Shown: piece after piece, positions 28,001 to 46,530 of the stretch | Layout of the letters: every line of letters starts with the position of its first letter | Position numbering within the stretch: the stretch's first letter is position 1 | Source of the DNA: Stylophora pistillata | Taxonomy: Eukaryota | DNA length: 64,000 nucleotides | Direction: 5' to 3' | Assembly (NCBI RefSeq): GCF_002571385.2 | Contig: NW_019218060.1 | Span: 155,579-219,578 of the forward strand | Position numbers and translations under genes: made by a program | The notes under the pieces: model-generated | Seen by the model: the letters and a program-made list of their open reading frames with translations, nothing else | The model's database searches: none | What the model was told of the DNA's origin: nothing

Positions 28001-31000
28001 ATCTAAAACCAAAACCCTAAATAATAGGAAAATACAAATTATAAATAAAGTCTGTACTGACCAAAATTCTCCATCATTCTCAAAGACAATCCCTAACTTT
28101 TCTCTATCACTTGCTTTAAGCTTTTTCCACTCTTCAGAGCTAACATAATATGAATTCAAAATAGAAATCATAATTGTTATAAATGACAGTGGGATAAATA
28201 TTTTTGTAATAAGTACCATTATTATATTAAAATTATCTCTTAAACAAGGATATTGAATGAGAATAAAATAAAATAGTAACATTCAAAACAAATAGGAGGT
28301 AGTTTTCAGTTATCATTACTCATCACTCCATGGTCCATTCCACTCCTTTTGACCCCAAGGATTCCTCAGACGAATCATATAAAGATGCTGTCGATTGAAC
28401 AAACTGAAAAGACCCTCACCAATGGTGATCTGCAATAAACAAGTATATATGTATGGGTGTGTGTTTCAAATTTGTAGTTGGGTGTAAATCATTAAAAAGT
28501 ACATTTTTCAAGGATCAGTGGCTAAAAATTGAATATATATGAAAAATTTCTCTGAGTGGAGAAAACTAACCATATCAAATAAATTAACCATTCTTAGAAT
28601 ACATCTAATGCATATCATGCAGCCTAGAACCAACATCATTGCCTGCATGCAACTTGAGATTGTTATTGTTTCTACTTTGCTTTTTAATTTATTTGTTGTT
28701 GATTCTTTCTTTGAATTCCTTTTGTTTTTGTCACCTTCATTTTTCCTATCAGATCAAAAGTTACCTTCTTTACTGCTGTGACACCATATGCATGTCCCAT
28801 AACCAAACCAGTTTCTGTTCGCTTTTCCATCTCATCTCTATTTTTGATCTAATGGCAAAAAAAACATATATGTCAAAATAAGTTAGTCTTATATCCCTGT
28901 AATCCCTCATCATATTTTTGATTAGTATCATTATGTAGTAAGAATAAACTTATTTGCAGGGGTGAGTATTTAACACAACTACAATGTTTGCTATCTGTTG
29001 ATATAACCAAATTCACTATAATGGGGGTAAGTTTCTAAAGAAGCTGTGGTGCTGTGTCGGTGGGGGTAACAAGGTAATTTGGTTTTATCAACTAAGTTGA
29101 AATTCCAATTTTGCCACCATAAAGTGTTAAAAAGCTGATGTTTCAAGCATTAGCTCTTCCTCAGAGCATTAGCCCTTCGCTCTGATTAAGGGCTATTAAC
29201 ACTCCAAACAACAGCTCTTTAACTCTTTATGGTGGTCAAACTTAGTTATTACAACCAAATTACCAAATTCACTATAAGGCAACTTGTAAATCACAACTAT
29301 TTTGTTCCATTTTTATTATTTAAAATTTTCTCACATCTGACTATAATTTGCACAAGAGAAATCAAAAGTAATTGCAATCTTAACTTTAACTCCTTTCATT
29401 TCCCAATCAAGTTGTTATTCCTTGTGCATCTGACTGGTGTACATATGTGATGAGCATGCAAGTTCATACCTTCTATTATACAGCACTTACCCTTATTGAC
29501 GCACCAATCAGGGATTTATCTCGCATTGCTCTCTGCATACTTTTAAACAAGCCCAGCCTCTTCTCCTGATCTTGACCATAACCTCCATCCTTGAGGTTGA
29601 TAGACTCACAAACTCCACCAGTGAAATCAACTAAGGCATCACCAGTATTTCCTGCTTCTAAAGCTTCATATGAGCCTGCCATTCTTAAAAAGAAAAAAAA
29701 AAAGTGACCCATTTCCCTGCCTGACTCCATTGGAATAGAAAGTACTGCAGTAAGCCACTTTTAAATAATTTCCAAGAACTCTTCTTACTTGGCATAAGCT
29801 TTTTCCACCAAGGCACTCCAGAACTCATTCTTGTCTGTTGAGTGGATGTACACCAGTTTTCCAGCAATTGTTGGCAGAAGATCGTCAATAACAACTTCAG
29901 TCCACTGGCCTTGGCGGAAAAACCGGAACCTAAAGATCCCTTGGTAATTACCAACATTTTCAGGATCCCACTCCTGATGTTTCATATCTGGAATCACCTT
30001 GAAAAGGGGTAAAAATAATGAAAAAAAATGTTAAGTTATCTCAGATCTGTTGTTGACATGCTTGCCTTGTTTAACCAAGAGGAACTGAAAATCATCATTA
30101 GTAAGCAGTGCATTGTCATAACATCTTGAGAAATACAAACCTTCTCTAACAGAGATGGCTCTAAAGCCAATGAGGAACATGCTGCCACAAACCAACAATT
30201 CCCAAGTTTGCCTTGTGTGACATCATGGCTGCTCATCCCATCTACAAACAGCTGTGGGGGGTCTGGGGCACAGATGTCCTGAAGAAAATGCAGAAAACAG
30301 GTTCTATCACCTTTTGCTCATAATTATCTGATTTTGACCTTTTACTGTTTAGAGCCCACACCATTGCAAGGTTGTAAAGGAATTTGATGTTGGTGTTTTA
30401 TAGAAGTATAGAGAGAATCCCAAGAGGATTAACCAGGACTAAAAAAAAATTGATCCCTCTCCCCTCACATGACTGACCACATGTAACTGGAAACTTCTGA
30501 TGTCTAGATTAAATGTCTTTCAAAATTCAAACAATGGTTGTGCCAGTCTAGACTGGCTGCCAAGGTTGACATAAAAAGTATGCAAACATTCTATTTTCCT
30601 TTTTATGAGAATTTGCAGTAATTTAATCAAAGTTGTGTTTATATCTTAGTTTCCCCTCAGTTTTCCACCCCTACATTTTTTTTAACACTTTTTTAACCCA
30701 TTAACGTCCAGTGCACCCGTATGCGCCCATGGGGACCCACACCCTTTCTACGCCCTGTGACGTCATCAATTTTATCTCTGGAGCACAAACTCGAGCATGT
30801 ACTTGAACGGGTTGAAAATATCTTGCAGACGATACCAGAATGAGCGCAATTGAGTGGAGGAGATTGGAGAAATAGCCAAAAAACCGTGTCACTTTGACTG
30901 GAAAATCTGCACGAAGATCGTGTTTCACTACCCACCTACCTTTCCGAGCATGTGCTTTGAAAATAATGAGTAGTTTCTGAAAAATCTCTACACCAAAATG

Positions 31001-32552
31001 AAGCCTACTCAATTTCCAGCAAGTGAGGAGAAACTTTAGGCAAGGAGAGGGGAAAAAAAGGGCAGGAGAAAGAGAGAAAAGTAGAAGTCGTAAGTGGGGC
31101 GTGACTTTTCAACCCAAAAACTATGTCCAAATTTTGCTCTCTGCGCGTGCCCGAGATTTTCAGGCCGCCATTTTGCATTTGGATCGAAAGGCCGTCGAGT
31201 GCACGAGCTGTCAAGTGGTTTTTGGTAAGTTTGAGCTTTTAAAACCCCAACAGTGACCCGAAATCTGCTGGACTAGCTTCAAAACACAGTTTTCTACAAA
31301 AGCTGCGGCCATTAATGGGTTAAACCACATCCTTCCCTCTTCTTTGACTCCTCCAATACTTATCAAGATGTGGGTGCAAATCAATAGATAAGGGGGGTGG
31401 GGAAGGAATCGGCGGGGAGTTCACAGTACAGTCTGGTAAGTTCAACATTATATAAAGAATTTAATTACACTAGAATGGCCGCTAACAAATTTCTTGCATT
31501 GTTTTTGCTCATTTATAGCACAATATTGCTTCACCATGACTCTATATGGGGCTGGTTGATCACGATGCAATATCTGAAAATGTGTGAATTGGACGCGAAC
31601 CAACGTAAAAACCCAATTATAGTACATACAATATAACATTTTAAACCTCTTAACATTTAGGGGAACAACAAAATATTTGAAACTTAGGTTTCAAATTCAT
31701 GTAAACAAAAATCGAAAAAATTCCAATTATTATCTCAGCTCTGTGCTTTGGAACAGAACTTGTCACTGATGCACTGCGAAAGCAAATGGTTCAAGTGACG
31801 ATAATAGAATAACTAGTCACTAATTAATTTACATTATGTTTATGTTTCAAGTCAGAAGTCTCATAAAATTACAATGCGTTAGTACAACGGCACGATTAAA
31901 AAAGGAAATAATGTGACTGTGATTGCAAAGTAGCGCTGGAATGCAGATAGAAAAACAAAGTGAAACCCTCTGCTGTGAAAGTTCGATTCTACAATTGTGT
32001 ATTATGGACGGGCACGAGAATTTTAAACAGCTCGCTCCTTACAAGAGCTTAGTGACACGACAATACTGGGGGGATTAATATATTAATTGAATGTCTAACG
32101 TTGGCTAGCGTAAATATGTTTGCACTTTCAAAAGACTGTGGGTTTAAGTGCGTATTTTGAAAGGGAGAATAAGTCGATCAACCTTTCGCTCAACGTTCTT
32201 GATAGGCAACACAATGTAGAGCAAAATATTTGAATGAATTCAACAGCCACTAAATGAGCACAAAGTCTGCCTATGATCCGAGGCATATCGGATCATTGCT
32301 ATGTTCGAGCATAGTTACGAGACAGCGTTAGTTAATCTACAAAATTCAAACAAAGGAAAGTCTAGCAGAAAATTGATGTCACGATACCTTCGGTCTCTTC
32401 CATTCAACGGGCTCGGGAGGTGTCGCTCGACTGAAGTACAAAGACTTCGTCTCGGGTGGAAATTCAGGATCAACAAAAAGTCTTTCATCTCTTTCACATT
32501 GTGCCTTCAGCTTGCTGTAACGTTGATTTTTGAAATAATGTAATTTCACCAT
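25011..32552 (-). CDS. CAPN5: Calpain-5-like cysteine protease, paralog B
   Basis: Same exon organisation as paralog A. ATG at 32552 ([20 protein letters not shown]). Motifs [16 protein letters not shown] and [10 protein letters not shown]2 exons [10 protein letters not shown] and [14 protein letters not shown]; stop TAA at 25013-25011. Confidence 0.93.
27084..27265 (+). mobile_element. tRNA-derived SINE (truncated)
   Basis: A-box TAGCTCAATTGGTTAGAGCG with a degenerate B-box, followed by a non-tRNA body. No complete cloverleaf. Confidence 0.7.
29020..29247. mobile_element. Penelope-type inverted repeat pair (degenerate)
   Basis: Starts like the 19888 copy (GGGGxTAAGTTTCTAAAGA). Contains opposed decayed hammerhead-like units (AGCTGATGTTTCAAGCATTAGC..TCAGAGC / GCTCTGATTAAGGGCTA) and CCACCATAAAG...CTTTATGGTGG arms. 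Confidence 0.55.
30697..31319. mobile_element. piggyBac-type MITE in calpain B intron 1
   Basis: TTAA at 30693-30696 and 31320-31323 flanks the termini CCCATTAA...TTAATGGG. Confidence 0.8.
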
Positions 32553-32850
32553 GTTTTTCTTTAGCGAGAACCTTCAATAATAAATCTGAACTTCAAGCTT
32601 TCGAGGTTGATGACTAAAACGTTTGTTACAAGCCTCGAAATCATTCGCGCGGAAATAGATGAAAACGCACATCAAGAAAATCTGCGACGCAATTGGCTAA
32701 CCTAAGACCGGAAATCGAATTGACACCAAATGGTGTTTTTGTGGGCAGCGGGTTCTTCATGGCAACTGAATGTTTACAAATGTGCCGCCATCTTCTGAAA
32801 TTTGCTTACGTCTATGATTGTTTTATCTTTCGAAGTTGAGTTATCTAACA
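32553..32850. promoter_or_regulatory. Bidirectional promoter/5'UTRs between calpain B and ANKRD42-like gene
   Basis: Divergent ATGs at 32552 and 32851. Reverse CCAAT at 32692-32696, ETS CCGGAA at 32708-32713, RFX X-box GTTCTTCATGGCAAC at 32752-32766 and YY1 GCCGCCATCTT at 32784-32794. Confidence 0.7.
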
Positions 32851-40726
<7,876 letters not shown>

Positions 40727-41353
40727 ACCGCTGGATTTGTGACTACGGTGGGCTCTGGTTCAACCATTTGTTAGATTTGTTTTGATTTTCCAAGTTCTTC
40801 TCCTTGGATACCTTTGTGATGGTGGCTAATTGGTCTCCAGATTTCTCAAGTTTTTTGTTTCTGTTTTTCAAAGTTTACTTCTGTTCACTTTATTTCCTTT
40901 CATGTTGTTGTTTTATTGCTTTCCATACAAGTACCCTAACCTTTATTAGTTTTGAATCATTAAATTACGGAGGTATACTATAATTTTTCCCAGGAGGAGT
41001 GGTGGGGGGTCTTTGGTCATCGTTAGAGTTGAAAAGTTATGTACATTTTTCAGTTCGTATTGCATTTTTTTTTCTTTTGTCACCTTCTCTATGTGCTTTC
41101 GGACTCCGAAAGAAAAGCGTTTCATCGACACGTATTGCTTGGTGTTCTGGTTAAGCTTTTAGCTTTTGCACATATTCAAATGGTCCAAACTCGACTGAAT
41201 TTAATGAAAGTGGAGAGGAGCCACCCATTTCCCCCTTCAATCCATTCAATATTTTACAAATTTCATTGCAGTCGTCTGAATTTCAACGATCGTCAACCTC
41301 GACACAGCAAACTGCGTTACGACGCAAGAATTNNNNNNNNNNNNNNNNNNNNN

Positions 41354-41628
41354 AATTTCTGGGGTTTCCTACCTTGTTTTACGATTTTAGTAAACGCATC
41401 TGTCACCTCTTTCCCCGTTTTCTTTTTAAGGGGTACTGCCCACGCATATTTAGAAAACGCATCAACCACGACCAAAATGTATCGGAAACCTTTATTTTCT
41501 TTGGCAATTATCTGTACTTCTATCAAATCGGATACCCACTGTTCGTCAATATCAAAGACTAACACAGGTGCAAACTCTCCTCGGCGGCGACGCGATTTGT
41601 GTAGAGTGTAAGCTAAATTCTTTTCCAA
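41354..41628 (-). pseudogene. Polinton-type rve integrase fragment
   Basis: AYTLHKSRRRR..DIDEQWVSDL..GFRYILVVVDAFSKYAWAVPLKKKTGKEVTDAF..GRKPQK, which includes the first catalytic Asp region. Truncated by the gap; the N-terminus appears deleted or frameshifted. Confidence 0.85.
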
Positions 41629-41629
41629 T

Positions 41630-42017
41630 TAGCTAGCTGTCTCAGCGGTTCTACTGATGTCATCTCAGGGTTTGGGATATCTGAGGGACGCATCTCCTCT
41701 TGCTTCACAGGATTATCTTGGGCGTGGTACGCATCTACAATTTTCCTCCACCCTTCTTTCCACGCCTCTTCCTCTTCCTCTGTCCTCTATGAAGGGGTTG
41801 GGATGTCTAAGGTAAGATTTTTAGGATTTTTCTTCTTGGTCCAGTTTTTCTTGCCTTTAACCTCTTGGGCTACTTGAGGCACACCATCGATCATGACCTT
41901 TCCATCAGGGTACTTTTCGGTCCATTCTTTCTTAAAATGCAAAGGTTCTCCCTTGTCATAGGGGTGATGTCTCTTGCCTTTGACTCCTTTGGTTGGTTTC
42001 TTCATTAGAGTCTCCAT
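41630..42017 (-). pseudogene. Charged ORF upstream of integrase (element-encoded, disrupted)
   Basis: METLMKKPTKGVKGKRHHPY... ends at a stop at 41787, with coding-like sequence continuing beyond it. TATAAAG on the minus strand at ~42073-42079. Confidence 0.45.
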
Positions 42018-42099
42018 CCTGCACATCAGAACTGCTGCTTCTTGACTGTGGAAAGTAGTGAAACCGTTCTAGCTTTATACACTCGAGAACAATACCCTA

Positions 42100-42292
42100 T
42101 AGTTTGATTGACAGCCATTGTTTTACGCTAAAAAAAGAGACGCGACGCCAACCTTGATTGACAGCCATTGTTTTACAAGAGACGCGACGCTAGCAAAGAG
42201 ACGCGACGCCAACTTTGATTGACAGTCATTGTTTTTTAGGATGAGACGCTAACTCTGATTGACAGCAATCGTTTTTTAGGACGCGACGCTAT
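42100..42292. promoter_or_regulatory. Tandem array of TGATTGACAG and GACGCGACGC motifs (divergent promoter of the element)
   Basis: TGATTGACAG at 42105, 42155, 42216 and 42256, interleaved with GACGCGACGC-type motifs and flanked by TATA-like boxes on both strands. Confidence 0.65.
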
Positions 42293-42352
42293 CTATTGTT
42301 TCCATTTTCCTATATATCGACTGGTACTGACATGACACATGTATCATTCACC

Positions 42353-42652
42353 ATGAACCCTAGTTTAGAAACGAACCCTAAATTTGGTGTGATAGCCATG
42401 GATGAAATTTTAGATACCATGGAATTTCACTCTGACGACGATTCCTTGAGAAGAGTGATTCGAGATGCAGAGCAGTACTTAATCGACTTTGCACCCGATG
42501 AGAACGATTTCGATAGAAGAACCTGGGAATTACGTAGTTAAGTCATACAGGCATTCTTGAACTTTGTACGATATCACCGCGATTGTGCAATTTCCTCTTG
42601 TAAGAAACGCCTCCTATTCACAGATGATGAATCCACGCCAATCAAAAAGTGA
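42353..42652 (+). pseudogene. Small element ORF A (one in-frame stop)
   Basis: MNPSLETNPK...ELRS*VIQAFLNFVRYH...PIKK*. Single TAA at 42539-42541; the frame continues beyond it. Confidence 0.6.
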
Positions 42653-42728
42653 TTGACAGCTAGCTTCTATAAAACACTACTGATTCCTATACTTTTTCAT
42701 CATTTGATACTGCACGCGAGTCAGAACG

Positions 42729-43297
42729 ATGCCTTCCTCCATTCATACTCGTCCTTAAACTGCGGCAAGTGAAATCATTTGTTTGCTTTACGATTTGAGA
42801 GTAGAAGCTACTATAGTAGATTTAGACTACAACTTAAACACCATGAAAGACTTGGCTCTGATACGTGAAGCACCTACACCAGAAATAAAACAAGCTCAAA
42901 CTGAAGTGTTTGACGCTTTCAGAAATTACCTTCGAGTACTTAAAGATTCAGCCAAACCTCTGGGAGTGACTAAAGACTTGGAAGAATATCCATCCAAGGC
43001 GTGTGTGGTACTTGACGAAGTCCTCTCTTGTGTAGACGAGCGAGCCAAACACACTGAATTGGAAATAATCAAATCTCGCATCCATCATTCCATGGTGTAT
43101 GATTCTTACGGAATCAGTGATGACGAGAAACATTCAACAAAGTCTACAACGGCGTGATGACGGCTTTCCTGAACTTTGTACGTTATTGTGAAGACAAACC
43201 TCCCCTCCCCCCCGAGATTCCTCTGACTATAGTTCTGGGTACGGCAGTTATGATGACGAACAAGATCGATGATTGGCAGCTGTCAAGTTTATATTAA
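42729..43297 (+). pseudogene. Small element ORF B (internal duplication; stop and frameshift)
   Basis: ATG at 42729 followed by an early TAA. Contains EVFDAFRNYLR and, after a frameshift near 43130, VMTAFLNFVRYC. Confidence 0.55.
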
Positions 43298-43348
43298 AAG
43301 ACTTTACTCACACAATTTACCTCATTTCAGCACAGACCTTACTTCAAC

Positions 43349-43606
43349 ATGTTTGAACATTTGGACGACAACCCTAGACGGTGTAGAGTTGCTTTAGATG
43401 ATTTACTACGCGTCGTAGAGAAAAATACAGACTATGATGACTACTGTCGAATGCAGAGGCATGGGAACCAGTACATACAAGCTCACGAACTTACACAAGT
43501 AAAACACGACGGTGATGAACAACTGTTTAAACTGTACGCAGATGTCATGAAAGCTTTCCTCACTTACACGCAACATTGTGAACAGCTGTACAGGAAAAAG
43601 TTGTGA
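43349..43606 (+). CDS. Small element ORF C, hypothetical helical protein
   Basis: 85 aa with DVMKAFLTYTQHC, paralogous to ORFs A and B. Preceded by TGATTGGCAG, a TATA-like box and TCATT. Confidence 0.55.
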   Translation: MFEHLDDNPRRCRVALDDLLRVVEKNTDYDDYCRMQRHGNQYIQAHELTQVKHDGDEQLFKLYADVMKAFLTYTQHCEQLYRKKL

Positions 43607-43993
43607 GCAGCGACGACGATGAAGTGTTTGTGGATCCTAAAAAGACTGAAGACATTAAGGAAGACGAATGGCCTGAATCTTTTCCAAAACATTTAATTGC
43701 TATTATGAACTCTTAATTTGCACCTTGTATATAGCAAAACAATAAAACCTTGTTATCACCTATTCACATTTGTATGTATTTTCTTGCCCATGCGCAAGTT
43801 ATAATCAAACTATACCACATGCGTACGAAAATCTTTTTGAGATTCTTCTAATACCTATTATTTGCTTAAAGACTTATTCAGTTACCAAAAACACCCAGCG
43901 ATACACAAACGCATACTATAGCGTCCATTCACTTTTTCCTACTTAATCCCTCTGCCATCTTGCATTCTTTTGTTTTTGAGAAAACCATTAAGT

Positions 43994-44889
43994 CCTAAAA
44001 AACCTAAAACCAACACTAAAAACCTAACCCTAAACACTAACCCCCAACCCTACCCNTAATAACCCTAACCCTAATAACCCTGACCCTAATAACCCTAACC
44101 CTAGTAACCCTAACACTAATAATCCTAACCCAAGTAACCATAACCCTAGTAACCCTAACCCTAAAATAACCCTAACCCTAGTAGCCCTAACCCTAATAAC
44201 CCAAACCCTAGTAACCCTAACACTAGTAGCCCTAACCCTACTAACCCTAACCCTAGTAACCCTAACCCTAGTACCCCTAACACTAATAACCCTAACCCTA
44301 CTAACCCTAACCCTAGTAGCCCTAACCCTAATAACCCTAACCCTAGTAACCCTAACCCTAGTAGTACTAACCCTAACCCTAGTAACCCTAACCCTAGTAG
44401 CCCTAACCCTAGTAACCCTAACCCTACTAACCCTAACCCTAGTAACCCTAACCCTAGTAGCCCTAACCCTAATAACCCTAACCCTAGTAACCCTAACCCT
44501 GGTAGCCCTAACCCTACTAACCCTAACCTTAGTAACCCTAACCCTAGTATTCTAACCCCACTAACGCTAACCCTAGTAAACCTAACCCAAGTAGCCCTAG
44601 CGCTATTAACCCTAACCCTAGCAGCCCTAACCCTACTAACCCTAACCCTAGTAACCCTAACCCTAGTAGCCCTAACCCTAATAACCCTAACCCTTGTAAC
44701 CCTAACCCTAGTAGCCCTAACCCCACTAACCCTAACCTTAGTAACCCTAACCCTAATATTCTAACCCCTCTAACGCTAACCCTAGTAACCATAACCCTAG
44801 TAGCCCTAACGCTATTAACCCTAACCCTAGCAGCCCTAACCCTACTAACCCTAACCCTAGTAACCCTAACCCTAGTAGCCCTAACCCTA
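43994..44889. repeat. Telomere-variant tandem array, ~15-bp unit TAACCCTAACCCTAG
   Basis: CCCTAA hexamers regularly interrupted by 3-nt inserts (TAG/TAA/TAC). Runs into the N gap at 44890. Confidence 0.95.
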
Positions 44890-45429
44890 NNNNNNNNNNN
44901 NNNNNNNNNNNCTATGACGTAAAGTAGCTAACGAATACATTGTTACTGGTGTTATTGTTGTTGTAGTCCTGTTTTTGTTGTTTCTCCCTAGCCCAGCTTG
45001 GGAATACCCTTACCTAGGAAGATAAATGCCCAATACCCATGTTGGTTGAAGACTGCGTTCGTTTGTTGGTATAACTAAGGGAATAGTTGGTGTTTATCAT
45101 TTAAAAAGGGACGCTTCGATTACTATCAGCCTGTAAAATAAGCCCTAAAATACAAGCTTTCTACGTCTATCTTTTCTTAATACTTTATTGCTTAATGTAT
45201 CTTAAAGGAAACAAGCTCGTTAGATAAGACTCTCTGTGGCCCTGTTTCTCTGCACTTGCTAAATGCTATCTAAAGTATAGTACGTAGCAAATAAAGACCA
45301 TAAGGAAATGTAAAGAGTGAATGAATCAAGCATCAGGCGAAAAACAAGCAATTGTGAATGAAGCAGTACGTTATTATTAAGTGTTGCAGTCATACAGGAA
45401 AAAGAACTCATGAACTATATGTGTTCATC

Positions 45430-46530
45430 TGAAACTGGGTGTGTTGGAACCTAGGCTAAAGCCTGAAACTAAGCCCGCATTGGAACTGACTTACACGCGA
45501 GAATTTAAAACTGAACTAGGAGTACACTGCATACAAAACTAAGCTCACATTCTAACTGAGCAATATTCACATTTAAAACTGAACTAGGCATGGACTGATG
45601 AAGCTCATATGATATTAAAACTGGGTTATGCACACAAAAAACTAAGTTTGCATTGTAATTGAGTTGTAAGCTCATTTAAAACTTAACTTAATACACCCTA
45701 GAAACAAAATAAACTCACATTGTAATATATGATTTATGCAAGCAGTTAAAACTGAACTTGGTTGACACAGTAAACAAAACTAAGCCCACGTTGTAGCTAA
45801 GTTTTACACGCATTTAAAATTCAAATCAAGGGTATATTAGAAACAACACTAAGTTTACATTATAACAGAGTAATGCCTACCTTTGAAACTGAACAAGGCG
45901 TATACCAGAATGACTTAGATCCCGACGTATCTTAGTAATGTGTGCAATTAACACTGAACTTAGCGCACATTGGAAGTAAAACTAAGCTTGCATTGTTAGA
46001 GAGTTATGTGTGTATTTTAAACTGGACTAGGCGCATACTGGATACAAAAACTAGCTCACACTGTAACAGAGTTATGCACGCATTAAAAACTGATCACAAT
46101 AGAGAGAAAAGTAAACTTATATTGTAACAAAGCTATGCGTACCGCTTAAAACTCAACTAAACTAAGCATAAACTAGACAGAATACCAAGCTCACATTGTA
46201 AGTGAGGTACGAGTCCATCTAAAGCTATATCACACATAGACTGGAAATAGGCTAAAGTCACAATGTGAGTTATTTTCGCGCATATAGAACGGAACAAGGC
46301 TTTTACAGAAATGCAACTAAACTTGTATGAATAGAGTCGTACGGGCATTTAAAACTGAACTAAGTTTAAACATGAATCAAAACTAAGATTATATCGTAAC
46401 AAAGCTTTGCGCGATTTAAAACTCAATTAGTTAATATAAGTTAACGTTAGGCCTACACTAGAAAAAAGAATAAGGTTCACATTCCAACAGAGTTATAAAT
46501 GCAATAAAAGCAGAACAAGGGGAACACTGA
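45430..46530. repeat. Degenerate ~69-bp tandem satellite (~15 units)
   Basis: Recurring TTAAAACTGAACTAGG...AAAACTAAGCTCACATTGTAAC..GAGTTATG at roughly 69-bp spacing. Confidence 0.85.

Larger units (their letters stand above)
41354..43990. mobile_element. Decayed Maverick/Polinton-like (adintovirus-like) element fragment
   Basis: Retroviral-type integrase fragment of Polinton type, compact intronless small ORFs with repeated promoter motifs, and AATAAA at 43741. Left side bounded by an N gap. Confidence 0.7.

Noticed and set aside
41039-41611. 190-aa plus-strand ORF
   Set aside because: It spans an N gap and is antisense to the integrase fragment.
42100-42292. Repeat-spacer-like pattern resembling a CRISPR array
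   Set aside because: The intervening sequences are themselves repeated, the spacing is irregular, the context is eukaryotic and there are no cas genes.
44544-44792. ORF with LGLGL repeats
   Set aside because: Translation artefact of the telomere-variant array.
43994-44889. True chromosome end
   Set aside because: The array is internal to the scaffold, non-canonical in period, and oriented so that the terminus would be on the side that continues into element sequence.
45430-46530. Possible CRISPR-like array near a putative Cas2/VapD-like ORF
   Set aside because: Whole units are homologous and degenerate, with no constant repeat plus unique spacers. This is a satellite.
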